Origin: an uncultured Erysipelotrichaceae bacterium
GTDB taxonomy: Bacteria; Bacillota_I; Bacilli_A; RF39; UBA660
DNA length: 26,638 nt
NCBI GenBank assembly: GCA_902783405.1
Contig: CACZQZ010000004.1
Location: forward strand, 1-26,638
Direction: 5' to 3'
Position 1 is the first letter of the stretch, and every line of letters begins with the position of its first letter. The notes beneath the pieces were generated by a model. The model was not told the DNA's origin. It saw only the letters and a program-made list of their open reading frames with translations, and did not search any database. Positions 1-8,193 of this stretch are shown here, piece by piece. Position numbers and translations under genes: made by a program.

Positions 1-3
1 TAT

Positions 4-29
4 GCACTCCTTAAGTGCCATCTTTTTTT
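4..29 (+). terminator. Possible intrinsic terminator (short hairpin + T7), possibly the 3' part of a larger leader beyond the window
   Basis: GCACT(4-8)/AGTGC(14-18) stem followed by T7 at 23-29. The stem is short and upstream context is missing. Confidence 0.3.
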
Positions 30-44
30 GTTAGGAGGAAAAAT

Positions 45-395
45 ATGAAAGAAATATTAAAGGAAATGAGAAAGAAACTACTTGATTTAAAGGAGGAACA
101 ACGCCTTAAAAGAATTAAGGAATCAGAACTATTAAGCCCAGATTTTGATTTCTTAAAAATAGATAATGATGGCTATTTAGTTCATCCTTATCTAATTATT
201 GGTTCACTTCATTATACTCGTGATAAGGTTATAGCTGCAGGAATAGTTAATGGATTAAGAAAGATGAAAGATAGTAATGGTGAATATGGACACCTCCCTT
301 TTTTAGAAGGAAGAAATGAAATAAATGAAAGAGTATACCGTAAACCTATATATTCAGAAAAACAACTATTAAAAGAAAAAAAGAAAGGAAGATAA
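45..395 (+). CDS. Hypothetical protein (116 aa), translationally coupled to thrS
   Basis: RBS AGGAGG at 33-38 favours ATG 45 over the ORF-track start at 15. Stop TAA is 1 nt before the thrS ATG. No recognisable motif. Confidence 0.75.
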   Translation: MKEILKEMRKKLLDLKEEQRLKRIKESELLSPDFDFLKIDNDGYLVHPYLIIGSLHYTRDKVIAAGIVNGLRKMKDSNGEYGHLPFLEGRNEINERVYRKPIYSEKQLLKEKKKGR

Positions 396-396
396 T

Positions 397-2160
397 ATGA
401 TAAATATTAAAGAAGATGAAAAATTAAGTGTATTAAATCATAGTTGTGCGCATTTACTTGCTCAAGCAGTAAAACACCTTTATCCACAGGCAAAATTTTG
501 GGTAGGACCTGTTATTGAAGAAGGATTTTATTATGATATCGATTTAGGAGATGCTGTTATTACAGAAGAAGATTTACCAAAAATAGAAAAAGAAATGAAA
601 AAGATTTCTAAAGATGGTAAAAGAATTATTAGAGAAGAAATTAGTAAAGAAGAAGCTTTAGAAAAATTTAAAGATAATCCATATAAAATTGATTTGATTT
701 CTAGAATGGATGAAAAGGATACTATAATTTCTTGTTATACGCAAGGAGACTTTACAGATTTATGTAGAGGACCTCATGTAGAAACAGTAAAACTATTGAA
801 ACATTTTAAACTTTTAAAAGTATCAGGAGCTTACTGGAAAGGTGACGCTAAAAATAAAGTATTACAAAGAATTTATGGAATCTGCTTTGAAAATGAAGAA
901 GATTTAGAAAATCATTTAAAACTTCTTGAAGAAGCAAAACTAAGAGATCATAGAAAAATTGGTAAAGAACAAGAACTATTTATGAGTCATGAATTAGTTG
1001 GTGCTGGAATGCCTCTATGGCTTCCAAATGGAGCAATTATTCGTAAACAACTAGAAAACTATATTTATGAGAAAGAAGCAAAACTTGGATATTTACATGT
1101 ATATACACCATGTGTAGGAACAGTAGATTTATATAAAACTTCAGGTCACTGGGATCATTATAAAGAAAACATGTTTCCAATGATGAAAGTAGATGAAGAG
1201 GAATTTGTTTTAAGACCAATGAACTGTCCACATCATATGTTAATTTATAAAAATAAAATGCATTCTTACCGTGATCTTCCAATTCGTATTGGAGAATTTG
1301 CGACTGATTTTAGATATGAAGCAAGTGGGGCTGTTAAAGGACTTGAAAGAGTTCGCTGTATGTGTCAAAACGATGCTCACTTATTTGTAACACCAGAGCA
1401 AATCGGAGAAGAATTTAAAAAAGTTGTAAACTTAATTTTAGATGTTTATAAAGATTTTGGTATTAAAGAATATAAATTTAGATTATCGCTTAGAGATCCA
1501 GAAGATAAAGAAAAATACTTTGATGATGATAAGATGTGGAATGAAGCAGAAGCAAAATTACGCGAAGTTTTAAATGAACTTAATGTTGATTATTTTGAAG
1601 CAATAGGTGAAGCTGCTTTTTATGGACCAAAGTTAGACGTTGAAGTAAAACCAGCTGTAGGTCCAGAAGTTACGTTATCAACTTGTCAATTAGACTTCTT
1701 ACTTCCAAGAAGATTTGATTTATCTTATATTGATTCTAATGGAGAAAAAAGGGTTCCTGTTGTTTTACATAGAGCTATCTTTGGAACTTTTGATCGCTTT
1801 ACGGCATTTATTATTGAAGAGACAAAAGGTGCATTTCCACTTTGGTTAAATCCTGTTCAAATAAATGTTATTCCAGTTAATTTAGAATATCATGAAGAGT
1901 ATGCGAAAGAAGTTTATGAAAAATTACAAAACGAAGGATTTAGAGTAAAATTAGATAACAGAAATGAAAAATTAGGTTATCGTATGAGAGAAAGTCAGAC
2001 TAAAAAAATACCACTTACTTTAATTTTAGGTGATAATGAAAAAGATAGTAAAACTGTAAGTTATAGAAGATATGGAGAAAAAGAAACAACAACTGTTTCT
2101 ATGGATGAATTTATCAATTTAGTAAAAGAAAGCATTAATAAAAAAGAATATAATATTTAA
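397..2160 (+). CDS. thrS: Threonine--tRNA ligase (short form lacking the N-terminal TGS domain)
   Basis: Editing motifs HSCAH and DLCRGPH; catalytic motifs [47 protein letters not shown]; anticodon-domain KLGYRMRE. Confidence 0.98.
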   Translation: MINIKEDEKLSVLNHSCAHLLAQAVKHLYPQAKFWVGPVIEEGFYYDIDLGDAVITEEDLPKIEKEMKKISKDGKRIIREEISKEEALEKFKDNPYKIDLISRMDEKDTIISCYTQGDFTDLCRGPHVETVKLLKHFKLLKVSGAYWKGDAKNKVLQRIYGICFENEEDLENHLKLLEEAKLRDHRKIGKEQELFMSHELVGAGMPLWLPNGAIIRKQLENYIYEKEAKLGYLHVYTPCVGTVDLYKTSGHWDHYKENMFPMMKVDEEEFVLRPMNCPHHMLIYKNKMHSYRDLPIRIGEFATDFRYEASGAVKGLERVRCMCQNDAHLFVTPEQIGEEFKKVVNLILDVYKDFGIKEYKFRLSLRDPEDKEKYFDDDKMWNEAEAKLREVLNELNVDYFEAIGEAAFYGPKLDVEVKPAVGPEVTLSTCQLDFLLPRRFDLSYIDSNGEKRVPVVLHRAIFGTFDRFTAFIIEETKGAFPLWLNPVQINVIPVNLEYHEEYAKEVYEKLQNEGFRVKLDNRNEKLGYRMRESQTKKIPLTLILGDNEKDSKTVSYRRYGEKETTTVSMDEFINLVKESINKKEYNI

Positions 2161-2186
2161 AAAACAGATATAATTATCTGTTTTTT
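2161..2186 (+). terminator. Intrinsic terminator after thrS
   Basis: AAAACAGATA-taat-TATCTGTTTT hairpin ending in T6, directly after the stop codon. Confidence 0.85.
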
Positions 2187-2196
2187 GTAAAAAAAG

Positions 2197-2225
2197 TTGA
2201 CTTTATAAAAAAAAGGGTGTATTAT
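2197..2225 (+). promoter_or_regulatory. Sigma-A type promoter for the leader/rel unit
   Basis: TTGACT (2197-2202), 17 nt spacer, TATTAT (2220-2225). Confidence 0.75.
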
Positions 2226-2260
2226 CATTTTAAAAATTAAATCTTATTGAGGTGATGTGT

Positions 2261-2326
2261 ATGAAAAAGAAATACTTTTTATCGCTTTTCAACATTTGTC
2301 ATCAAGGAAGATTTTGCGCTTTTTAA
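2261..2326 (+). CDS. Putative leader peptide MKKKYFLSLFNICHQGRFCAF (21 aa, not in ORF track)
   Basis: Strong RBS GAGGTG (2249-2254), ATG 2261, TAA 2324-2326. Lies between the promoter and a terminator hairpin upstream of the rel-like gene. Confidence 0.6.
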   Translation: MKKKYFLSLFNICHQGRFCAF

Positions 2327-2330
2327 GAGT

Positions 2331-2366
2331 AAGCATGTTCAAGGAAAGACTTGTGCGTGCTTTTTT
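2331..2366 (+). terminator. Attenuator-type intrinsic terminator between leader ORF and rel-like gene
   Basis: AAGCATGT-T-CAAG-gaaaga-CTTG-T-GCGTGCTT: 12 pairs (2 G-U, one U-U mismatch) followed by T6. It ends 22 nt before the rel start. Confidence 0.7.
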
Positions 2367-2388
2367 GGTTTTGTAAGGAGGTATCTAT

Positions 2389-3828
2389 ATGGAAAAAATT
2401 ACAATTGATTCATTACTTCAAAATCTTGAAGGAAGGTCACTCACTGAATTAGAAAAAATTCGTAAGGCGTATAATTATGCAGATAATTTACATTATGGAC
2501 AACTGAGACAAAGCGGAGAAGCATATATTACGCATCCACTTACTGTAGCTTATATTTTATCTGAACTTGGAGCAGATACGGATACAATATGTGCTGGACT
2601 TTTACATGATACACTAGAAGATACGGAAACAACCAAAGAAGAAATTGCAGAGTTATTTAATAAAGATGTTGCTAATTTAGTAGATGGAGTAACCAAAATT
2701 AGTAAGTTAAATTTTTCATCAAAACAAGAACAAAATATGGCTAATGCTAGAAAAATTATTACAAGTATTACAAATGATGTAAGAATTATTATTATTAAAC
2801 TTGCTGATCGCTTACATAATATGCGAACTTTAGAGTATAAATCAGAATATAAGCAAAAAGAAAATTCAATAGAAACGATGGAAATTTTTGTTCCTATTGC
2901 TTATCATATTGGAACTTACCGAATCAAAAGTGAACTTGAAGATTTATCATTACGTTATTTGAAACCAGATATGTATAAACAAATAGAAGATAAAAAAATA
3001 AAAGTGGAAGAAGATAGCAAAACGTGCTTAAAAGAAATGTATGAACAAATAAAAGATATATTAACTAGAAAAGATATTCCTAATGAAATTAAAGTTAGAA
3101 CTAAAAATATTTATGGTATTTATAAAAGATTAAATGATGGCCATAAATTATCTGATATTCATGACTTGTTATCATTAAAAATAATGGTTGATGATATACC
3201 AAATTGTTATCAAACACTTGGTATGATTCATAATATTTATCATCCAATTAATAATAAATTTAAAGATTATATTTGTAATCCCAAAACAAATATGTATAAA
3301 TCTCTTCATACAACGGTATTTGGACCAGAAGAAAGACTTGTACAAACACAGATAAGAACTTTTGATATGGATAAAGTAGATTCTTTTGGACTAACAGCTT
3401 ACTGGAATATTAGTAAAGGAAATGCTAGAGATATTATGCAAAAAGAATTAAAAGAAAAATATCAATTCTTTAGATCTCTTTTAGAAATTAATAAAGCATT
3501 TGGAGATAACAGTGAATTTATTGAACAAGTAAAAAATGAATTATTATCAGATAAAATATATGTATATACATCTAAAGGAGATATCATAGAACTTCCTAAA
3601 GGATCAACACCAATTGATTTTGCTTACAAAATACATACTGAACTGGGAAATACAATGGTAGCTGCTATTGTAAATGATGAGTATGTACCAATTGATTGTA
3701 CTTTAAAGAATCAAGATAGAGTAAGAATTATTAAAGATGATTTATCTTTTGGGCCTAGAAAAGATTGGGAAGATAAAGTCGTAACAACAAAAGCTAAAAG
3801 GAAAATTAAGGAATTTAATAAAAAATAA
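2389..3828 (+). CDS. RelA/SpoT family protein (479 aa): HD hydrolase + degenerate synthetase + TGS, no ZFD/ACT domains
   Basis: HD motifs RQSGEAYITHP, LLHDTLEDT, KLADRLHNMRTL; synthetase-like KDYICNPKTNMYKSLHTTV and QTQIRT; TGS motif LPKGSTPIDFAYKIHTELG. RBS AAGGAGG. Confidence 0.95.
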   Translation: MEKITIDSLLQNLEGRSLTELEKIRKAYNYADNLHYGQLRQSGEAYITHPLTVAYILSELGADTDTICAGLLHDTLEDTETTKEEIAELFNKDVANLVDGVTKISKLNFSSKQEQNMANARKIITSITNDVRIIIIKLADRLHNMRTLEYKSEYKQKENSIETMEIFVPIAYHIGTYRIKSELEDLSLRYLKPDMYKQIEDKKIKVEEDSKTCLKEMYEQIKDILTRKDIPNEIKVRTKNIYGIYKRLNDGHKLSDIHDLLSLKIMVDDIPNCYQTLGMIHNIYHPINNKFKDYICNPKTNMYKSLHTTVFGPEERLVQTQIRTFDMDKVDSFGLTAYWNISKGNARDIMQKELKEKYQFFRSLLEINKAFGDNSEFIEQVKNELLSDKIYVYTSKGDIIELPKGSTPIDFAYKIHTELGNTMVAAIVNDEYVPIDCTLKNQDRVRIIKDDLSFGPRKDWEDKVVTTKAKRKIKEFNKK

Positions 3829-3884
3829 TAAAATAAGTGTAATGAGAATATTAAAAAATAATATTGAGAGAGGTAAAATAATAT

Positions 3885-5096
3885 ATGGAGATTAAATATG
3901 ACTTAACAGAAAAAGAATTAAAAGAGGTAGCAAAAAAAAATAATAAAACAATTGAAGAAGTTGCTAACGATTATAAATATGCATTAAAAGATTTAGAATA
4001 TTCATTAAAAGAGATAAATTCAATAATTGAAAAAAACAATTATAAAACTGATTTTAATAATATCAATATTAAAGGGTATGGAAAGAATGATGAATTAAAA
4101 AATAAATATATATGTTATGATAATATTGAAAAGGCCAATACATATAACATAGATGATATGGCTATTGTTACTGGATTTGGACCAACGAGTGCACCAACAG
4201 CCGGTACTTTATCGTCAATTTTTAAAGTATTAGAACTACAACGAGAAACAGGCATATATACACATATTATCATATCAGAACTTAGTGCACTTAATTCAAG
4301 ACAAAAACCATTAGATGATTTGTTTTTATATACTAAACAGTTCATTTCTTTTATAAAAAAACTTGGCTTTGATGAATCAAATGGGGAAATTAGAACTCAT
4401 AATTTCTTGGATCACTCCAGAATTTTTTCGATTATTTCAAGTGTTTTTAAAATTAGTGATTTTATAGGTGGAGAAGTAACAGATGAAATGTATAAGAGAT
4501 TAAATTTACTTGGAAATGATTACTCAACAATCGTTAGTCAAGTGTATACTGTTGCTGATATTGTTTTGCCAATCATAAGAGATAAGAAAAAATTTGTTAT
4601 AGTTCCAGCAGGACTAGAAGAACATTTATATCCATATCTTGCTCGTGTAAGTGTAGAAAGAATAAAAAGTAAATCAGGAGGAATAAATAATTTAATAGAA
4701 AAAGATGCGACCGTTTGTGCTTTATATGGTAAATTAATTAGTGGATTATTTCCTTACGTTAAAATGTCAAAGAGTATTAAAGAATCATCAATTAACTTAG
4801 GAGATACCAAAGAAGAAATTTATCAAAAAATAGTGGAATGTGGAAAAAGAAATGAGGAAGTAATATTACAGATGATTGTTCTTGCTTCTAATTGGAAATC
4901 GTCTGAAGTTCATATGGCAACAAAAGCATTTGAAAACATGGAAAACAATTATGATGAATGGTTAAAATATAAAATAAAGTATTATAATTTTTTTATAGAA
5001 CTTAAGCAATTGTGGGATGATTCTAAATATAATAAGTTCATAGATACATATAATGAGTTATTTAAGGAGAAAGAAAATGAAATTAATTATCTGTGA
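3885..5096 (+). CDS. Divergent class Ic aminoacyl-tRNA synthetase-like protein (archaeal-type TrpRS/TyrRS-like), function unknown
   Basis: GFGPTSAPTAGT in place of GFxPSGxxHLGH; IIISELSAL; VADIVLP; VPAGLEE; SGLFPYVKMSKS followed by INLGDTKEEIYQKI. RBS GAGAGGT. Confidence 0.75.
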   Translation: MEIKYDLTEKELKEVAKKNNKTIEEVANDYKYALKDLEYSLKEINSIIEKNNYKTDFNNINIKGYGKNDELKNKYICYDNIEKANTYNIDDMAIVTGFGPTSAPTAGTLSSIFKVLELQRETGIYTHIIISELSALNSRQKPLDDLFLYTKQFISFIKKLGFDESNGEIRTHNFLDHSRIFSIISSVFKISDFIGGEVTDEMYKRLNLLGNDYSTIVSQVYTVADIVLPIIRDKKKFVIVPAGLEEHLYPYLARVSVERIKSKSGGINNLIEKDATVCALYGKLISGLFPYVKMSKSIKESSINLGDTKEEIYQKIVECGKRNEEVILQMIVLASNWKSSEVHMATKAFENMENNYDEWLKYKIKYYNFFIELKQLWDDSKYNKFIDTYNELFKEKENEINYL

Positions 5097-5868
5097 TATG
5101 AGTGGTATTGCTTCAAGTAAGGGTGTAAATAATGAGATATTATTAAATACACTTAATAACTTGAAAAATTATGAATGCACTTTTTGCACTGGTAAAGGAT
5201 ATAATGGAGGGTATCAAACTTTGAAAGATATTAATTTAAAAGTACCATTTATATGTGAAAATGGTTCTGTTATAGTAACTAAAGATGGTACCGCACTATA
5301 TCATGATAAAATGGATTATAATAAAATAAAAAAATTAATTTGTAAGTTAAATAAAATGCCATATGAATTTTTGGCATATGTTGATTTGAAATCCCATAAA
5401 TATAAATTTTTAAAAGGATGTAAAAAGCTAAGTGAAGATTTGAGTCAACCATGGTTTTATAGTGAAGAAATCTATGACAATATAGATGAATTTTTAAATA
5501 ACATAGATAAAAATAATATTTGCAGAATAACAACTAGAGGATTGGAACTAGATAATTCAATAGAAGAACTTAAAGATTTTGATGTTGTATTATCAGAAAA
5601 TGAATTTCATTCTATTTGTAATAAGGGAACGAATAAAGGCTTTGGAGTAAAAAAATTAGCAGATATTTATAACATTAAATTAAATGATATCATTATTATT
5701 GGAAATGATTTGAATGATATTGATATGTTTAAATTAGAGTGCAGTTTAAAAATTGCCACAGGTGAAACAAAGCCACCACGAGAACTAATTGATTTATCTG
5801 ATGTTTATGTTCCTTTATGTGATTTACCTGATTTTTTAACAAAAATTGACAAAAAAAATGATATATGA
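5077..5868 (+). CDS. Cof-type HAD-superfamily (IIB) hydrolase with atypical motifs (263 aa)
   Basis: MKLIICDMSG (motif I variant), CTGK, FICENGSVI, KGTNKGFGVKKL, IIIGNDLNDIDMF. RBS AAGGAG at 5064-5069 supports ATG 5077; overlaps the upstream gene by 20 nt. Confidence 0.85.
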   Translation: MKLIICDMSGIASSKGVNNEILLNTLNNLKNYECTFCTGKGYNGGYQTLKDINLKVPFICENGSVIVTKDGTALYHDKMDYNKIKKLICKLNKMPYEFLAYVDLKSHKYKFLKGCKKLSEDLSQPWFYSEEIYDNIDEFLNNIDKNNICRITTRGLELDNSIEELKDFDVVLSENEFHSICNKGTNKGFGVKKLADIYNIKLNDIIIIGNDLNDIDMFKLECSLKIATGETKPPRELIDLSDVYVPLCDLPDFLTKIDKKNDI

Positions 5869-5899
5869 TAGTATAAAAACAAAAAAGGGAGGAAGTATT

Positions 5900-7051
5900 A
5901 TGGGTGATATAGTTTTAACTGGTGATAGACCAACAGGAAGATTGCATTTAGGACATTTAGTTGGCTCATTATCCCAAAGAGTAGAATTGCAAAATTCTGG
6001 ACAGTTTGAACAGATTTTCATTGAAATAGCTGATGCCCAAGCAACAACGGATAATTCTGGAAACATTCAGAAGGTTAAGGACAATGTTATTGAAGTTGCA
6101 TTAGATTATCTTTCTTGTGGAATTGATCCAACAAAAAGTACAATTTTTTTACAATCAGAAGTACCAGAATTGAGTGATTTAACATTTTATTATATGAATT
6201 TAGTAACTTTAGCTAGATTGCAAAGAAATCCAACAGTAAAACAAGAAATTATATATAGAGGATTTAATAATACTATTCCAGTTGGATTTATGACGTATCC
6301 AATTAGTCAGGCAGCAGATATTACAGCATTTAATGCTAATGTAATACCTGTTGGTGACGATCAACTTCCAATGATAGAACAGACAAGAGAAATCGTAAGA
6401 ACATTTAATAGATTATATGGTGAAACTTTAGTTGAACCAAGAGCGGTATTACCTAAAAATGAATCTTGTCAAAGGTTACCAGGAACTGATGGACAAGCAA
6501 AAATGAGTAAGTCTATGGGAAATTGTATATTTCTAGCTGACTCTCCAGAAGAAGTTAAAAGAAAAGTAATGGGAATGTATACGGATCCTAATCATTTAAA
6601 AGTTTCTGATCCTGGGAAAACAGAAGGTAATCCAGTATTTATATATTTAGATGCTTTCTGTAAAGATAAACATTTTAAAGAATATTTTACCAATCAAGAA
6701 ACAGGAAAAATGGAATATAAAAATTTAGATGAATTAAAGGCACATTATGAACGTGGTGGCTTAGGAGATATAAAAGTGAAAAAATTCTTAAATTATGTTC
6801 TTCAAGATACTTTGACCCCAATACGTTCTAGAAGGCAAGAATATGAACAACACATATTAGAAGTATATAAAATTTTATTTGATGGAAGTGATAAAGCTAG
6901 AAAAATTGCTGCTGAAACACTTGGAAAAGTTAAAAAAGCTATGGGATTAGATTACAGAAATGATTTAGAATTAATTAATAATCAATGTGCTAAATATGGT
7001 TCGTCACCAATTAAAGTAGAAGAAAAAAAACTAGAGGCATATAAAAAATAG
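5900..7051 (+). CDS. trpS: Tryptophan--tRNA ligase, TrpRS-II (TGDRPTG) subtype (383 aa)
   Basis: TGDRPTGRLHLGH, IADAQA, RLQRNPTVKQE, YPISQAADI, PVGDDQLPMIEQ, KMSKS, YTDPNH. RBS GGAGG supports ATG 5900 rather than 5846. Confidence 0.96.
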   Translation: MGDIVLTGDRPTGRLHLGHLVGSLSQRVELQNSGQFEQIFIEIADAQATTDNSGNIQKVKDNVIEVALDYLSCGIDPTKSTIFLQSEVPELSDLTFYYMNLVTLARLQRNPTVKQEIIYRGFNNTIPVGFMTYPISQAADITAFNANVIPVGDDQLPMIEQTREIVRTFNRLYGETLVEPRAVLPKNESCQRLPGTDGQAKMSKSMGNCIFLADSPEEVKRKVMGMYTDPNHLKVSDPGKTEGNPVFIYLDAFCKDKHFKEYFTNQETGKMEYKNLDELKAHYERGGLGDIKVKKFLNYVLQDTLTPIRSRRQEYEQHILEVYKILFDGSDKARKIAAETLGKVKKAMGLDYRNDLELINNQCAKYGSSPIKVEEKKLEAYKK

Positions 7052-7070
7052 GATTTCATATCCTATTTTT
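7044..7070. terminator. Bidirectional terminator between convergent trpS and kinase-like gene
   Basis: AAAAATAGGA-tttcata-TCCTATTTTT perfect 10 bp inverted repeat overlapping both stop codons. Confidence 0.85.
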
Positions 7071-8193
7071 GTTTTACATGAATTGTTTTAATTATATAGT
7101 TAAATTTTTCTCTATAATTAAACCCTGATTTTAATATGAAACTTTCTATATTTTTAAAAATATCATTTAATTCTATCGTTCTTTTTTCTATATCAATGTT
7201 ATTATAGTTTAGTAATTCCTGAAATAGTAATACTGTTGGAGCAAGACTTAATTCTAAAAAGGATTTAACAATTTCGGTGGAGGAACATTTAGATATTTCA
7301 ATATTTTCTTTTTCCGTTATAGATACTTTTAAAGAATGTGTAATTCGCATATCACTAAATTCAACATTTTTTCCGATTATATCAAAATTAATCGAAAATT
7401 GATTTTTTTTACCATATTTAAATAATTCATTTCTATTTTTGTTTTTCATAGAAAGAAATGTCTCATTTATTATTCCTTTTTCTAAAAAGTAATCTTCAAA
7501 TGCTAAGTATGTTCCAACTCTAATATTAAAATAGTTTCGAATATTGTATGGTAAAATAGCACCTTGTTTTGTAATGTAAGTAGTTTCTTCTGTGATTATA
7601 TCCCAATTATTTAATGCAAATAGTAATGCAAAAGTAGTTTTACCTCCAAGACTTGAATTATTAATTAATATATTTTGATTATCTTTATTTACTAATCCAC
7701 CGTGTATACCATACAGTTCTCCGTACATAAGATAAGGTGTTAATAGTAAAATATTAATCATTGTAATTGCTTTTTTATTTTTTTTTACAATCATGAAACA
7801 TTCTTGTTTATTTTTATTAAAAATATATATAAAATAGGCATAACATTTTATTATGTAATATTTTTTGTCTTTTGAGCATTTTGCAAGTGAAGTAGTTAAT
7901 GTCGCTTTGTTAAAATCTTTAATAGCATTTGTTTCAATTAAATCGTTACTTTTGATATAATTGTTTATTCTATTAAAAATATTTTCATCTTCTACAATAT
8001 ATGTAATCAAAGTGTTATTACTGTTTTGTCCTTTAAAAAGATTATTAAAAGCATTGGAAAAATCGATTAATTTTTTTGAATAAAATTCATAGTAACAATT
8101 TACTTGTGTTATTAACTTGTTGTTTTTAAAAGTAATTTCTTTTTTTTTATGATTTTTTTTGTATTGATTTATTTCATTTATGATCTGTCTCAT
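7063..8193 (-). CDS. HPr kinase-related P-loop protein (HprK-related family), atypical motifs
   Basis: IHGGLV...ILINNSSLGGKTT...IITEETTYI matches the H(A/G)xxV...GxSGxGKS/T...xDD pattern of HprK-related kinases. Overlaps the upstream nucleotidyltransferase gene by 20 nt. Confidence 0.65.
   Translation of the reverse strand: MRQIINEINQYKKNHKKKEITFKNNKLITQVNCYYEFYSKKLIDFSNAFNNLFKGQNSNNTLITYIVEDENIFNRINNYIKSNDLIETNAIKDFNKATLTTSLAKCSKDKKYYIIKCYAYFIYIFNKNKQECFMIVKKNKKAITMINILLLTPYLMYGELYGIHGGLVNKDNQNILINNSSLGGKTTFALLFALNNWDIITEETTYITKQGAILPYNIRNYFNIRVGTYLAFEDYFLEKGIINETFLSMKNKNRNELFKYGKKNQFSINFDIIGKNVEFSDMRITHSLKVSITEKENIEISKCSSTEIVKSFLELSLAPTVLLFQELLNYNNIDIEKRTIELNDIFKNIESFILKSGFNYREKFNYIIKTIHVKQK

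Noticed and set aside
1037-1282. 81-aa minus-strand ORF
   Set aside because: Antisense shadow inside thrS, no RBS or motif.
3885-5096. Cyclodipeptide synthase interpretation of the class Ic-like protein
   Set aside because: CDPSs are shorter and lack the KMSKS loop and the following helical domain, both present here.
4115-6066. Minus-strand ORFs 4115-4345, 5279-5533 and 5836-6066
   Set aside because: Antisense to well-supported genes, with low-complexity shadow translations.
5094-8176. TGA stops on three cluster genes (aaRS-like, Cof-HAD, NTase) as a hint of UGA recoding by the aaRS-like protein
   Set aside because: No in-frame TGA interrupts any long gene, TGA also ends genes outside the cluster, read-through of the aaRS-like stop adds only a few codons, and no tRNA gene is visible.
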